DNA from: a virus
Taxonomy: Duplodnaviria; Caudoviricetes
Strand: one strand, 5' to 3'
Length of the DNA stretch: 64,000 nt
Virus record (IMG/VR): IMGVR_UViG_3300048606_000120
Span: 32,001 to 96,000 of that record
In this document: piece after piece, positions 27,521 to 38,281 of the stretch
How positions within the stretch are numbered: the first letter of the stretch is position 1
How the letters are laid out: each line of letters opens with the position of its first letter
Made by a program: the position numbers and the translations under genes
Notes under the pieces: generated by a model
Seen by the model: the letters and a program-made list of their open reading frames with translations, nothing else
Database searches by the model: none
What the model was told of the DNA's origin: nothing

Positions 27521-28818
27521 GCCGGAATGTTCCCATCATCCAAGTCTCGGTTCAGCCCGAGGGCTCGCCGAAGGTGCGAGTCGACGTGAGCGATCGCGTC
27601 ATCTCGATGCAGTACCAGGACTGCGAGCACCAAGCCGACAAACTTGAGCTGACGATCGACAATGAAGATCTGTCCGGCTTCGACGATCCGATTTGGCGCA
27701 AGGGCAACATGATCATCATCAGCTGGGGTTATCCCGAAGCGATGGCGATTCCGCGCACCTGCCAGATCCGAAAAGTGATGGGCTTCAAGAAGCTGACGAT
27801 CGAAGCTCTCGGCAAAGAGGTGCTGCTGAACGTCGAGACCAAGAACCGCGTGTTCGAGAACACGCGGCGCTCTGAGGTGGTGCGGTTCATCGCAGAGGAG
27901 TGGGGATTTCGTGAGGAGGAACTGCTCCACATCCAAGACACAGAGATCGTCCGAGACCACATCGCGCAAGCGCGCATGACCGATGCTCAGTTCCTGCGCC
28001 GGCTGGCGAAGAAGGAAGGCTTCGAGTGGTACATCGACCACGACGGCTTTCACTTCCACGAGCGCGACTTTCTTCAGCGCTCGATTCGCACTCTCGTCTA
28101 TTACTCGGAGCCAGAAGGCTCAGAAATCTCGGACATCACGATCGAGAATGACATCACGCGGCGAGCTGGATCGGTGAAGCTCAAGACGCACGTCCCGACT
28201 GTGCGCAGGACGATCGACCTTGACGCAAACAACCTCAATCAAGGCGATCGACCGGTCCTTGGGACGGTGGTCGAGGCTCCTGGTAAAACGGAAGCGTCGA
28301 CGCCTGGATTCGGAGGGATCGCTCACCACGTGATCGGGTCGACCACGGAGCCGAATGAAGCTGCCGTGAAGCGCCGGGCCGCAGCAGACTTGCGGCTCGC
28401 TCAACAGCGCGCTGTGAAGTGCAACATCACCTTGGCCGGGGATCCCAACATCAATGCCAAGACGGTGATCAACCTGCTTGGCGTCGGCAAGCGTTTGTCG
28501 CAGCTCTACTACGTTCGCGGCACGTCGCACACGATCGATGGGATCTACACGATGAGCCTCGAGTGCATCTCGGACGGCTCGGGCGGGCATTCGACCAAGA
28601 GCACGCTTGCGAAGGAAGCATCTGCCGTGCAGGTTGGGCCAAAGTTGAAGGGAAAGAAGAACCACGCCCCGACCCCTAATCGCTCGATCGACCTAGATGG
28701 GAAGCCGCCTGCTGAAGTTCCAAAGGTGCCGGTCGCGACAAACGCCGCTGATCTGCAAGCCCAAGTTGCGCAGGCGAAGGCAACTCTCGAGGCTCTACAA
28801 TCGGCGCCTGAGGAGTGA
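27517..28818 (+). CDS. Baseplate hub protein (late control D / gp27-like)
   Basis: ADKLELTIDN, TDAQFLRRLAKKEGF, GDPNI, YYV....H. Confidence 0.88.
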   Translation: MSRNVPIIQVSVQPEGSPKVRVDVSDRVISMQYQDCEHQADKLELTIDNEDLSGFDDPIWRKGNMIIISWGYPEAMAIPRTCQIRKVMGFKKLTIEALGKEVLLNVETKNRVFENTRRSEVVRFIAEEWGFREEELLHIQDTEIVRDHIAQARMTDAQFLRRLAKKEGFEWYIDHDGFHFHERDFLQRSIRTLVYYSEPEGSEISDITIENDITRRAGSVKLKTHVPTVRRTIDLDANNLNQGDRPVLGTVVEAPGKTEASTPGFGGIAHHVIGSTTEPNEAAVKRRAAADLRLAQQRAVKCNITLAGDPNINAKTVINLLGVGKRLSQLYYVRGTSHTIDGIYTMSLECISDGSGGHSTKSTLAKEASAVQVGPKLKGKKNHAPTPNRSIDLDGKPPAEVPKVPVATNAADLQAQVAQAKATLEALQSAPEE

Positions 28819-28832
28819 TAAGAGGCCTTTCC

Positions 28833-29279
28833 ATGTCCCAAAGGCTGATAGCGATGGTGCGGAAGTTCGCAGATGCTTACAACAACGCAGACGGCGATGC
28901 TGTGGACGCTGCGTTCAACGAGATGACAGAAGCCCTCTGGGAGTGTCCTGGTTGGGCCGAGGCCAAAGCAGAGACGGCAGAGTTGCCCACCGGCAAGGAG
29001 CAGCGGATCGTGTTCGCCGTTGCGCTCGACAGCAGCGACAGCGTGCCGCTAGTGCTCCTGGGAATGCCTGCTGGCGCGTGGACGTACATCAAGGATGGGA
29101 TGACGTCGACCTTCGATCTCACGAAAGCAGGGATCCCCGTCAAGCTGATGATCTTCGGCAGCGCGACCCACGATTCGGTCATGGAGCTCATGAATCGGAT
29201 GATGGCTGAATCTTTCTCGAAGGACATTCCGATCGTCGATCGCCGTGGAGAGGACTTCTCCATCAAGCCGCGCGAATGA
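28833..29279 (+). CDS. Hypothetical protein between hub and spike genes
   Basis: ORF with GAGG upstream; overlaps the next gene by ATGA. Confidence 0.55.
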   Translation: MSQRLIAMVRKFADAYNNADGDAVDAAFNEMTEALWECPGWAEAKAETAELPTGKEQRIVFAVALDSSDSVPLVLLGMPAGAWTYIKDGMTSTFDLTKAGIPVKLMIFGSATHDSVMELMNRMMAESFSKDIPIVDRRGEDFSIKPRE

Positions 29280-29845
29280 GAGAAGAAGACAACCACATCT
29301 CGATCTACGACGGTGTTGTGTACGACAACGTCGATCCGCTGCGCATCGGCCGAGTGCGCGTGACCGTGCCTGGCATGATCGAGCCGTACAGTTCGTGGGC
29401 CTTGCCTAGTGGCAACTGCGGCTCGGGCTCGAGCGAAAGGGGCTTCTGGTGCGTGCCTGCCATCGGGTCCAACGTCAGCGTGATGTTCAACGAAGGGGAC
29501 CCCGATCATCCGCGGTACTTTCCTGGGCCCTGGGCGGCTCCGGATGACCAGCCCGAAAGCCCGACGTTCGCCGGCAGCTTGTCGCCGAAGGACGCCACGC
29601 AGGTCTCGGGGCTGCAAACGAAGCGCTGGGAGGTCGTCTGCGACGATCGACCGGGCCAGGAGAAGCTCACGATCCGCGATCGCCAGATGGACCAGAACAT
29701 GATCGAGATCGACGGCGTCGCTCAAGCAGTGACCATCAGCGGCACGGTGGCGATTCAGATCAAGAGCACTGGCGTCATCAACATCGAGGCCTTGCAGGTC
29801 ATCATCAACGGTCGTGCCGTGCTGCCTTCGGGTAGTCCGATATGA
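29276..29845 (+). CDS. Baseplate central spike (gpV / gp5 OB-fold)
   Basis: DNVDPLRIGRVRVTVP, SWALP, VPAIGSNV.V.F.EGDPDHP. Confidence 0.92.
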   Translation: MREEDNHISIYDGVVYDNVDPLRIGRVRVTVPGMIEPYSSWALPSGNCGSGSSERGFWCVPAIGSNVSVMFNEGDPDHPRYFPGPWAAPDDQPESPTFAGSLSPKDATQVSGLQTKRWEVVCDDRPGQEKLTIRDRQMDQNMIEIDGVAQAVTISGTVAIQIKSTGVINIEALQVIINGRAVLPSGSPI

Positions 29846-30552
29846 CGATCGACCTTCAAGCGCTATGCGTTCCGATCGCAGAGGCACCACGTGACCTCTG
29901 CATCACGCTGCCTGGCGGCTTGGAAGTTTGCGCGCAGAGCGGCGATCTCCCGCCGTCGCTGTTCGGCTATGCAAAGCTCGCGCTCGGTGCTGCCAACAGC
30001 GCGATGGCGCCGCTCGGTCCGATCTTCACGATCATCGAGACGATCACAGCTATCCAGAAGTGCCTGACGGCGATCCCAGGGATCCTCGGGCCGCCGCCAA
30101 ACCCGAAGAAGCTTCTCGATGCGCTGGTAGAGCTCGCCGAGAAGATCGAGAAGCTGCTGAAGCTGCTGCCGCAGTTGAGTGTGCCGTTGATGGTGGTGCA
30201 GCTTATCGACGTGATTATCGCAACCATCGAAGGCGCAGCGTCTGAGCTCTCTGCGATCGCTAGGCAAGTCGAGCGCCTCTCGGCAGCGCAGAGCTTGGTC
30301 TCTCAAGCGCCTGGGCTGAGCGTCATGATCCTGTGTGCGCAGACGTCCATCGACACCCAACTTTCGAACATCGAGAGAGCGTTTGCGTCGATCAACCCGA
30401 TCATCGAGGTGATCAACTTGCTCGGCTCGCTTGCTGGGTTGAAGCCGCTTCCGCCGTTCGAGGGCTTACCCGGAGACCCGATCGACGCTGTCACGGTTCT
30501 CCACTCCGCAGCCGACTCGCTGCGAGTGGTTCGATCAGCAATTCCCGTATGA
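29842..30552 (+). CDS. Hypothetical helical hydrophobic baseplate-region protein
   Basis: ATGA-coupled to the spike gene. Confidence 0.65.
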   Translation: MTIDLQALCVPIAEAPRDLCITLPGGLEVCAQSGDLPPSLFGYAKLALGAANSAMAPLGPIFTIIETITAIQKCLTAIPGILGPPPNPKKLLDALVELAEKIEKLLKLLPQLSVPLMVVQLIDVIIATIEGAASELSAIARQVERLSAAQSLVSQAPGLSVMILCAQTSIDTQLSNIERAFASINPIIEVINLLGSLAGLKPLPPFEGLPGDPIDAVTVLHSAADSLRVVRSAIPV

Positions 30553-30802
30553 AGCAGCGACGTGTTTCGTATTTGGTCATCTGTACACCCCGCGCTCTTG
30601 GTCATCGCAGAACTTGGCGGCGCTCAGCCGGTGTTCGTTTCGCACAAGACACAATTCGTACTCCGGAGAGTGCGTGCCGGAATAGCCGCCGCACCCGGCC
30701 AACAGCACCAAAACTAAATACTTCATCGCCAATTCTCCCTAGCCGTCAAGCGGTGCGTGCGCAAGTAGAGAAGGACCTTCCGGATCGTCGATTCTCGTCT
30801 GC

Positions 30803-33400
30803 ATGGCGCTGATGAAGATCGATCAGGCGGGCTTGTCAGCAGGCGTCGCTGGAAGGGCTCGGAACGACGGCCTGAGCGATGGGTCACTTGTGACCCTGAC
30901 CGACATGACGCCGGGCGGCAGTACGCTGTTCGAGCTGTTGTGGGCCCATCCTGAAGACACAACTTCGGTGCTTTCGTTGGCGCCGACAGTTGATCCGCAT
31001 GTCTGGACGTTCTCACCCACAGAAGCCGTGGGAGTTGGCTACGGCTTTCGGATTCGCCTGACGCACACGACAAACATCGGAGTCGTCACAACGCAGACGA
31101 GGATTTTCGGCATCCCGGATGGGCTCGGAGTCGTGAAGCCGATCCCTGGCGAGCGCTCAGACCCAAACGCGACGATCGCGAATGCGACTGATTCGGCGGT
31201 CATCGCGAGGTGCGAGCGCAACTGGCCAACCACTGGCTATCCGCTCGGCAACCCATTCGGATGGGGGCCTGAGCTGATCGAGCTGATCGAGTCGGCGACG
31301 GGTGGTCTGACGGCTCCTCAGCGCAACGCGATTCAAGCCGGCGACGTGCCGACGGACCTGAACCCGTTCATCACGATTAGTCATCTTGCAAAGCTCGGGA
31401 CTAGCGTCATCTCGCTCACTGATCAGCGATTTGGTTGGCCTGGGCACGCCACCAACATTGGCCCGTACCTGCAGGCTGCGATTGCTTACGCGATTGCACA
31501 TCGCATCGGAACGATCGAGCTGCCCGCAGGGTTGCTCATCTGCGATCGCCAGATAGTGGTGCCGCCTGCACCAGGGCCCGACGGCTTCAACCACGCAATC
31601 ATGATCCGCGGCCAGGGACGCGAGCAGACTTACATCTATTTCTACAATCACACCGGTGGCTTTCGGCTCGAAGGCACAATCGACAGCAGTGGGATGTACT
31701 ACTTCGGCGGCGGCTTGCGCGATCTCGCGCTCGTCGGGGTCTATGACGACGGCAGTCCGGCGGGCACACACAACGGCGTCGAGATGTTCGAGTGCATTTT
31801 CACGATGCTCGACAACGTGCACATCCGCGGCTTCAATGGATACGGCCTTTTCCTCGACAACATCTGGCCCAACGGCCAGCAAGATCTGCACTTCAGCAAC
31901 TGCCACATTCAGCTAAACCGAGCCGGTGGCATTTGGTGTAACTCGGTCCAACAGGCCGTGTTCAGCAACATGCAGATCAACCAGAACCTCGGCGATGGCG
32001 TGACATTCACATCTGGCAACAACGGCATCGCTTGGGTTGGCGGCTTATTCCAGAACGAGGGTCGCGCCATGCGCTTTACGCGGCGTGACGAGCCAGGCGA
32101 TGAGCAAGACGGCGAGCTAGCCATCAACATGTCGATGTACGGCTCGGTATACGTCGAACAGATTGATTTGGATGTACCGCTCTTCGATTTTGAAGAGCCA
32201 GCTGGCTCGAGTGAGTTCAATATGTTCGGGTCGCTGGTGGTTCAAGGCGGCTCACTAACCACCCCAGTCTTTCGATTCGAAGGTAACTACGCTGTGGTGG
32301 TGGCTGGAAAGATCCACGCAGCTGGCTGGAGCAAACATATTCAGGCCGTCAACCTCGCCGAGTTCACGGGCATAGGCCTGCAGAGCGGCAGCGACTACTA
32401 CGACTTCGACACCATCTCGCAAGCCAACGCCACGTTCATCGGCCGCGGAGGTCTATGTGTGGGCGCTGCCGCGCCCGCGGGCGATCGCGTTGCGCTTTAC
32501 AAGCCGTTGCAGCTCATGGAGCTGACGACTGGCCACGAGCCGGCTCTCAAAGGCGTGATCTACGACACTGCTCTCAACAAGTTGCGCTTCAGTCCTGACG
32601 GCACGCTGTGGTACACACTGTCAGTCGATCCGTTCAACCTCGCGATCGATCTCGCTCCGTATCTCGCCGAGTTCTGGGACGCTACGAGCGCGGCTGACTC
32701 AGGGGGCGCTCTCAGTGCATGGGTTGGCAGCTTCCATGCGACTCCATTCACATGGTCGGGCACGCCACCTACAGTCACGACATCTGCAGAGCTCAACGGC
32801 CAGAAGGTGGTCAAGTTCTCCAAGGCCAGCAGCATGTGGGTCGACACTGGCACGCTGACCGGCGGGGGCATTCTACCAGGTACATCCAACGACACTCCGT
32901 ATGCTGTGACCGTCCTGTGCCGTACGCCGCTCGGAGCTACCTCTGACCTCGATGTCATCAGCCAGCTGAGCGACGCGAACAACGATCAATTGGAACTGAA
33001 GGTGTGGGGCAACGGCGCAGCCGCCGATACGTTCCAAACTCGCGTCCAAGATCACATCGGAGGGGGAGGCGACTCTGGCAACCTCGCGATCGGGAACGTC
33101 GCCCCTGCTGGTCACATGGTCGAGTACATGCTGTCCGACTACCCGACTCCAGGCACTGTCAAGAACGTCATCACGATCGACCAAGGCGCCCCGCCGGCAA
33201 TGAATAACTTCCCGTCCACCAAGATCGGCCCCATCACTCGCGTGCTTTTGGGCAACAACCTCTTGGGGGACGCCACTCATCCGGCCGACGTCGAAGTCGG
33301 GCTCCATCTTGTGTGTCATACTCGCCCGCCCGCGAGCATCCGGGCGCGGTTCTATCAGTACATCCAGCAGCGTTTCGGGATCGATATAGCTGGCGTCTGA
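30803..33400 (+). CDS. Tail spike/fibre with right-handed beta-helix (pectate-lyase-like) and C-terminal lectin-like domain
   Basis: LQAAI...GTIELPAG...IRGQG; repeating N/G-rich beta-helix rungs. Confidence 0.8.
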   Translation: MALMKIDQAGLSAGVAGRARNDGLSDGSLVTLTDMTPGGSTLFELLWAHPEDTTSVLSLAPTVDPHVWTFSPTEAVGVGYGFRIRLTHTTNIGVVTTQTRIFGIPDGLGVVKPIPGERSDPNATIANATDSAVIARCERNWPTTGYPLGNPFGWGPELIELIESATGGLTAPQRNAIQAGDVPTDLNPFITISHLAKLGTSVISLTDQRFGWPGHATNIGPYLQAAIAYAIAHRIGTIELPAGLLICDRQIVVPPAPGPDGFNHAIMIRGQGREQTYIYFYNHTGGFRLEGTIDSSGMYYFGGGLRDLALVGVYDDGSPAGTHNGVEMFECIFTMLDNVHIRGFNGYGLFLDNIWPNGQQDLHFSNCHIQLNRAGGIWCNSVQQAVFSNMQINQNLGDGVTFTSGNNGIAWVGGLFQNEGRAMRFTRRDEPGDEQDGELAINMSMYGSVYVEQIDLDVPLFDFEEPAGSSEFNMFGSLVVQGGSLTTPVFRFEGNYAVVVAGKIHAAGWSKHIQAVNLAEFTGIGLQSGSDYYDFDTISQANATFIGRGGLCVGAAAPAGDRVALYKPLQLMELTTGHEPALKGVIYDTALNKLRFSPDGTLWYTLSVDPFNLAIDLAPYLAEFWDATSAADSGGALSAWVGSFHATPFTWSGTPPTVTTSAELNGQKVVKFSKASSMWVDTGTLTGGGILPGTSNDTPYAVTVLCRTPLGATSDLDVISQLSDANNDQLELKVWGNGAAADTFQTRVQDHIGGGGDSGNLAIGNVAPAGHMVEYMLSDYPTPGTVKNVITIDQGAPPAMNNFPSTKIGPITRVLLGNNLLGDATHPADVEVGLHLVCHTRPPASIRARFYQYIQQRFGIDIAGV

Positions 33401-33461
33401 GGTCTCGCTGGAAAGCATCCACGTCAGCGCAAGCACGCTGCAGCGCATTGCGCGCTGGCTG

Positions 33462-33851
33462 ATGCCATCTGCCAGCGTCATATTCTCCGCGTTAGCCCTC
33501 GGCTACCGCTGGATGGGCGACGTTGCCAGCATGACCGAAGTCGGCACCGCGATCGCCCCCATCGCCCAGACTGCCAAAGCGGCAGCCGCGGACGGCCTGC
33601 ACTGCGCGAGCTTGATCGATGTGCACGAAGCGCAGCTCGCGGCTGCATGGGCGGAAGTGGTAGCGATGCATGCAGAGCTCAGGGTTTACCGCGCATACAG
33701 CAACCAGCCGGCAGCTAGGCGCAACGATCTCATCGATCAAGCGACTGGCTATTACCGCGCGCGCTATGCCGAACAGCTCGAAAAGCGCCCGACCAATCCA
33801 GCTGAAGCCGCGCGGCTCGCGCTCCTGCAGCAATGGAGGCCTGACAAATGA
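33462..33851 (+). CDS. Hypothetical membrane-anchored protein
   Basis: N-terminal hydrophobic stretch plus helices, in the lysis region. Confidence 0.5.
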   Translation: MPSASVIFSALALGYRWMGDVASMTEVGTAIAPIAQTAKAAAADGLHCASLIDVHEAQLAAAWAEVVAMHAELRVYRAYSNQPAARRNDLIDQATGYYRARYAEQLEKRPTNPAEAARLALLQQWRPDK

Positions 33852-34093
33852 GTGGTCGAGCTCGAACGCGAGAGCTGCTGCAGGAGTTCATCAAGCAAAT
33901 GCGAGGTCGTCGACCTCCTCGACGTGGGCGTGTTGCACGCGCTGCGTGATCTCGCTTCTGCCTGCTACGAACGTGGCTACCAGGATGCCCAAGACGCACA
34001 CCGCAGCAGCACGTTGCCGGCTCCTGCAAACTATCCGGGACGCGACGATTGACGGCACCATGAGAAATCGTCATCCACACAGGGAGACCTTTC

Positions 34094-34423
34094 ATGAATG
34101 AGAAACTGAGCGAGCTCCTCGTGCACATGGCCTGTGTCGTCATCATCGGGGGATGCTTTGCGCTCGCCGAGCTGACGCCGCTTCACACCGTGCTGATCGG
34201 CGGCATGGCGGTGTTCTCGCGCTCGCTGGAGGTTGCCGGGTTCTTCCTGTGGGGCAAGCTCGGGTTCAAGCCGGCCGAGGCCATCATGACCAAGCTGCTG
34301 CTCCAGATGGAACCGGAGAAGGTCGAGCGGATCATGTCGCAGCGTCCACCTCCACCCTTGAGCGAGCCGCGGCTCGTCGTGTCCGCATCGGTCGCTCCTG
34401 CGCCGGCAGATCGGGACGTATGA
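34094..34423 (+). CDS. Holin-like membrane protein
   Basis: Two hydrophobic segments; directly upstream of the amidase; GGGAG ribosome-binding site. Confidence 0.55.
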   Translation: MNEKLSELLVHMACVVIIGGCFALAELTPLHTVLIGGMAVFSRSLEVAGFFLWGKLGFKPAEAIMTKLLLQMEPEKVERIMSQRPPPPLSEPRLVVSASVAPAPADRDV

Positions 34424-35040
34424 CCGAAGAGCTTCCTCCTCGCAAAGGACCTCCGCCGCTTCCGATCGAGCCGGTGATCGTGGCTGTTCATGGGCCGCTC
34501 GCACTCAAGCAACGGCCGGCAGCCCGCAGCAACTACGGCGGTCGACGCTCAGCGAGCCCGACTTTGATTGCTTTGCACTGCACGGATGGCCACGAAGGCT
34601 TCAGCAAGGACGACGATGTCGCTGCGATGTTCGCTAACCCGCACCTGATTCCAGAGCGCAGTGCGGGCTACGTGGTCGACAGTGACAGCGCGACGCAGTG
34701 CGTGTCCGATGACTTCATCGCGTGGCACTGCGGTCGAACAGGCAACCTGATGGCGTTGTCGGTCGAGTTCTGCGGCTTCGCAAAGCAGACGCGAGCCGAC
34801 TGGCTCGACAAGCTGTCGTTGCCGATGTTGAACATCGGAGCTCGCCTGGTCGCTGATCTCTGCGTCAAGCACAAGCTACCTGTGATGCTGGTCAACGCAG
34901 AAGGCCTGATCCACGCACAGACCGGGATCACGACTCATGCTTTCATCTCGCAGGCATTCAAGCAGTCGATTCATACCGATCCGGGCCCGGGCTTCCCGAT
35001 GGCTGCTTTTCTGAACGCGGTCGGTCGAGCAATGCCATGA
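34420..35040 (+). CDS. Endolysin, N-acetylmuramoyl-L-alanine amidase (Amidase_2)
   Basis: IALHCT, AWHCG..GN, SVEFCG, ITTH, HTDPG. Confidence 0.9.
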   Translation: MTEELPPRKGPPPLPIEPVIVAVHGPLALKQRPAARSNYGGRRSASPTLIALHCTDGHEGFSKDDDVAAMFANPHLIPERSAGYVVDSDSATQCVSDDFIAWHCGRTGNLMALSVEFCGFAKQTRADWLDKLSLPMLNIGARLVADLCVKHKLPVMLVNAEGLIHAQTGITTHAFISQAFKQSIHTDPGPGFPMAAFLNAVGRAMP

Positions 35041-35438
35041 GCGGCGAATCTCCCGGGTACGGATCGACGCCTTGGTCATTGTTCAGTCCAGGCGCGGGCG
35101 AGGATGACTTTGCGCCGTTCATCGGTCGCTGGAGCCCGTTCTTCGGCGCTGCGATTTCACGTCTGACCCCAATCATGTTCGAGGTGACTGACGACTTCGG
35201 AGTAGTCGACGCGCGAGTGCAGGTGGTGCTTCCCGCAGGTGTGATCGAAGTCGTGTGGACACAAAACGTCGGCTTCTGGGAGCTCTACAAACGCGGCAGC
35301 GGGCGAGTCGGGATCGAAGGCGGGCACAGGTACACCGTGCGGCGCACGGGAGGCTGGCCGAGCTCCAACGTGAGATTCGATGTGACTGCTACCGATCTCG
35401 CGGGCAACGTCGCGACCGGGCAAGCTGTCTTTTCGTGA
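35037..35438 (+). CDS. Hypothetical Ig-like virion protein
   Basis: FEVTDD...VTATDLAGN Ig-like terminus. Confidence 0.6.
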   Translation: MSGESPGYGSTPWSLFSPGAGEDDFAPFIGRWSPFFGAAISRLTPIMFEVTDDFGVVDARVQVVLPAGVIEVVWTQNVGFWELYKRGSGRVGIEGGHRYTVRRTGGWPSSNVRFDVTATDLAGNVATGQAVFS

Positions 35439-35455
35439 ACCTCTCGTGGCAAATC

Positions 35456-35929
35456 ATGCCAGATCCGGTCACACCGGACTTGGCATCGACCGAGCAGTCG
35501 ACCGCTGACACAGGGCGATCGGTTGATCGTGGTGTGTCGGGCCGCGGGATCCTGCTGCCTTTCAGGCGCGACAAGAAGTCTGATTTTGCGAATGGCCAAG
35601 GAGCCGCTTTGGTGACAAGCGCTGTGCGACTGGCGCTCGGAACGATTTGCGGCTCGGATTCGTCGCAGGGCGAGCTGCCGTGGCGAACCGAGTTCGGGTC
35701 GCTTTTGCAACAGCTGCGCATGCGCAACAACAGCCCAGCACTGGCAGAGATTGCACGCTACAGGGTGGTTCGTGCGCTTCGGCAATGGGTACCGTCAGTG
35801 CGAGTGCGATCAGTGCTGGTGACTCAACAAGGGGATCGAACGACGCTCTCGCTGCGGTGGGACGTCATCGATCCTGCTGGCACAAAGGTGCTGATTCCTG
35901 GGTTGGAGACGTCAGTGCCAGTCGGCTAG
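35456..35929 (+). CDS. Baseplate wedge gp25/GPW-like protein
   Basis: GELPWRTEFGSLL, AL.QW.P.VRV. Confidence 0.88.
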   Translation: MPDPVTPDLASTEQSTADTGRSVDRGVSGRGILLPFRRDKKSDFANGQGAALVTSAVRLALGTICGSDSSQGELPWRTEFGSLLQQLRMRNNSPALAEIARYRVVRALRQWVPSVRVRSVLVTQQGDRTTLSLRWDVIDPAGTKVLIPGLETSVPVG

Positions 35930-35942
35930 TTTCGGAGGACAG

Positions 35943-37433
35943 ATGCCCATCCAAACCTCGCTTGACTACACGTCCAAGGACTTCGACGCTCTGCGCGATC
36001 GGCTGTTCAACGTCATTCCCAGCGCATTCCCAGACTGGACCGATCGCCAGGTTGCGGACTTTGGGAACATCCTTGTCGAGCTCTTCGCGTTCTGCGGCGA
36101 CGTTCTCGGGTTTTATCAAGACAACCAAGCGCAGGAGAGCCGGTGGACGTCGGCGCGCCTGAGGCGCTCGCTGTTCGCGATGACGAAGCTGATCGGCTAC
36201 GTGCCTCCTGGAGCGAGCGCAGCGACGACTGACCTGACCATTCAGCTGAGCGAGCCTCCGACGGGCTCTGTGAGCATCGACGTCGGCGATGTCTTTCGTA
36301 CGCGGGACGCGACGAGCCCAGTTGTGTTTCAAGCCATCACAGCTGCGACGATCGCTGCTGGAGAGGATCCCCCGATTGCCACGATCACCGTGGAGAACAG
36401 CTCTGCTGCGCAAGACATCGTCCAATCGACGAACTTGCCCAATCAGGAGTACCAGCTCGGCGAAGCACCGTTCCTCGACAGCTCGCTCACGATTGCAGCC
36501 GCTGATGGCGCCTACACGATCGTCGATGACTTCCTGAGCTCCACTGGAACAGATCATCACGCGACGGTGACTGTCGATGAGAACAACAAAGCCCGAGTGA
36601 GGTTCGGCGACGGGATCAGCGGTTCTGTCCCAAGCGGCGCGATTACGTTCACGTACAAAACAGGCGGTGGATTTGCCGGTAACGTGTCGTCGAACACGAT
36701 CCAGAAGGCGGATCGCGCCTACGTCGATAACTTCGGCACGCCCGTTACCATCTCTGTGACGAACCTGCAGAAAGCCGGGGGAGGGTTCGAGCGGCAGACC
36801 GTGGAAGGCATCCGCAGCGGTGCTCCTCGCAGCTTGCGAACGCTTACAAGGACCGTGAGCCGTGAGGATTACGAGACCAACGCGCTTCGCGTTCCTGGAG
36901 TGGCTCGGGCTCTCATGCTCAGCGTCGACGAGAGCCCGAGCATCCTGGAGAACAACGGAGCGCTCTACATCGTGCCTGCTGGTGGCGGCGCCGCGTCGTC
37001 TGCGTTGATCGATGCGGTGCGGACGAATATCACGATCACGTACCCGAAGACGATCACGTTCAAAGCGTCGATCTTCTCTGCGCTCTACCTGCCCGTGAAC
37101 ATCACGACTCGCGTTCACCTGTCGAAGGGAGCTGTGCCGGGAGTTGTTGGTCCAGCTATCCGCAAGTCGCTCATCGGGCTCTTTGCGATCACGAACTTGG
37201 ACGGATCGGAGAACGACGCGATCGACTTCGGTTACTACATGGAAGGCGCGCTTGCGTGGTCGGACGTGTTCAACGCGATTCGCGACACGGCCGGCGTGCG
37301 GAAGATCGACGACGGCCTTGGCAACCTGACTTTGAACCTGGCGTCTGAAGACGTGGAGGTGCCGCTCGCGCAGTTCCCGATCCTCGGCACGGTGACGATC
37401 GTCGACGCCATCACTGGGTTAGCTTTGCCATGA
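35943..37433 (+). CDS. Baseplate J-like (gp6-like) wedge protein
   Basis: DYTSKDF, PDWTD...DFG, RFGDG..G..P, R.V..EDYE..A..VPGV. Confidence 0.93.
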   Translation: MPIQTSLDYTSKDFDALRDRLFNVIPSAFPDWTDRQVADFGNILVELFAFCGDVLGFYQDNQAQESRWTSARLRRSLFAMTKLIGYVPPGASAATTDLTIQLSEPPTGSVSIDVGDVFRTRDATSPVVFQAITAATIAAGEDPPIATITVENSSAAQDIVQSTNLPNQEYQLGEAPFLDSSLTIAAADGAYTIVDDFLSSTGTDHHATVTVDENNKARVRFGDGISGSVPSGAITFTYKTGGGFAGNVSSNTIQKADRAYVDNFGTPVTISVTNLQKAGGGFERQTVEGIRSGAPRSLRTLTRTVSREDYETNALRVPGVARALMLSVDESPSILENNGALYIVPAGGGAASSALIDAVRTNITITYPKTITFKASIFSALYLPVNITTRVHLSKGAVPGVVGPAIRKSLIGLFAITNLDGSENDAIDFGYYMEGALAWSDVFNAIRDTAGVRKIDDGLGNLTLNLASEDVEVPLAQFPILGTVTIVDAITGLALP

Positions 37434-38266
37434 TCTTGAACAGCGGGTTCGAGACTGCTGAGGATTCGACTCATCCAGGAGCGGCTGCGAGCTGGACGTC
37501 GACCGCGTCTGCTTCACTCGAGCAGACCGCTGAGTTTGCGGGCGACTCAGGGCTTGCTGTCAGCGGCCAAGAGACGTTCGAGCACGGTTGGGGAGCGATC
37601 GATCCGCAGACGTTGCTGAGTGAGCTCGTCAACACAGAAAAGACGCTTCTGCAGGCGGAGACATTCGACCGCAAATGGTACCCAGACCAAGGCTTCATGT
37701 TCTTGGCTGCGCTCGAGGCAGCGACATTCGATGCTGCTTCGCAAGCGTTCGAGGACTTCGAAGACGTGTGGGCCACGGTAGACGCTGACATGGAGCTGTC
37801 ATCGTTCGAAACCAGGGCTGCCTTGTTCGGTGACATCGAGTCCCCCGAGTCTCAAGAGACGTTCGAAGTCAGGTGGGGAGGAGATGCCTCCTTCGCGATG
37901 ACGACTGTCGCACTCCTGTTCGACATGCAGGGGTTGAGCGCAAACTCTCCCTCGCCGAGCTCGTTCGAGATATTCAATCTCAAGGTGCGGCAGCGAGTCA
38001 CGTCCGACATCCCCGAAAGCAAGCTGGTGGCTGTGACTCCGCCGCTGCTGCTCGCCGTCGGCAACGCGATCACTCTCGTCGCCGAGAGTGGCGACTTGCC
38101 CGAGCCGCTCCTCGAAGACACGACGTACCTGGTGGAGTCGATCGCCGCCAACGCGATCACGGTGGCAGCGCAGTCCGGATCGTCGCCGATCACTCTGAGT
38201 GCCGAAGGGACCGGAGCTAACTATGTACTCGCGGATCCTGGTAGGTTTTGGCTCGACGAGTTCTGA
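37430..38266 (+). CDS. Acidic virion protein with repeated E-T-F-E/D-x-x-W motifs
   Basis: ATGA-coupled to the baseplate J gene. Confidence 0.65.
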   Translation: MILNSGFETAEDSTHPGAAASWTSTASASLEQTAEFAGDSGLAVSGQETFEHGWGAIDPQTLLSELVNTEKTLLQAETFDRKWYPDQGFMFLAALEAATFDAASQAFEDFEDVWATVDADMELSSFETRAALFGDIESPESQETFEVRWGGDASFAMTTVALLFDMQGLSANSPSPSSFEIFNLKVRQRVTSDIPESKLVAVTPPLLLAVGNAITLVAESGDLPEPLLEDTTYLVESIAANAITVAAQSGSSPITLSAEGTGANYVLADPGRFWLDEF

Positions 38267-38281
38267 AGAGGGCCAAACCAA

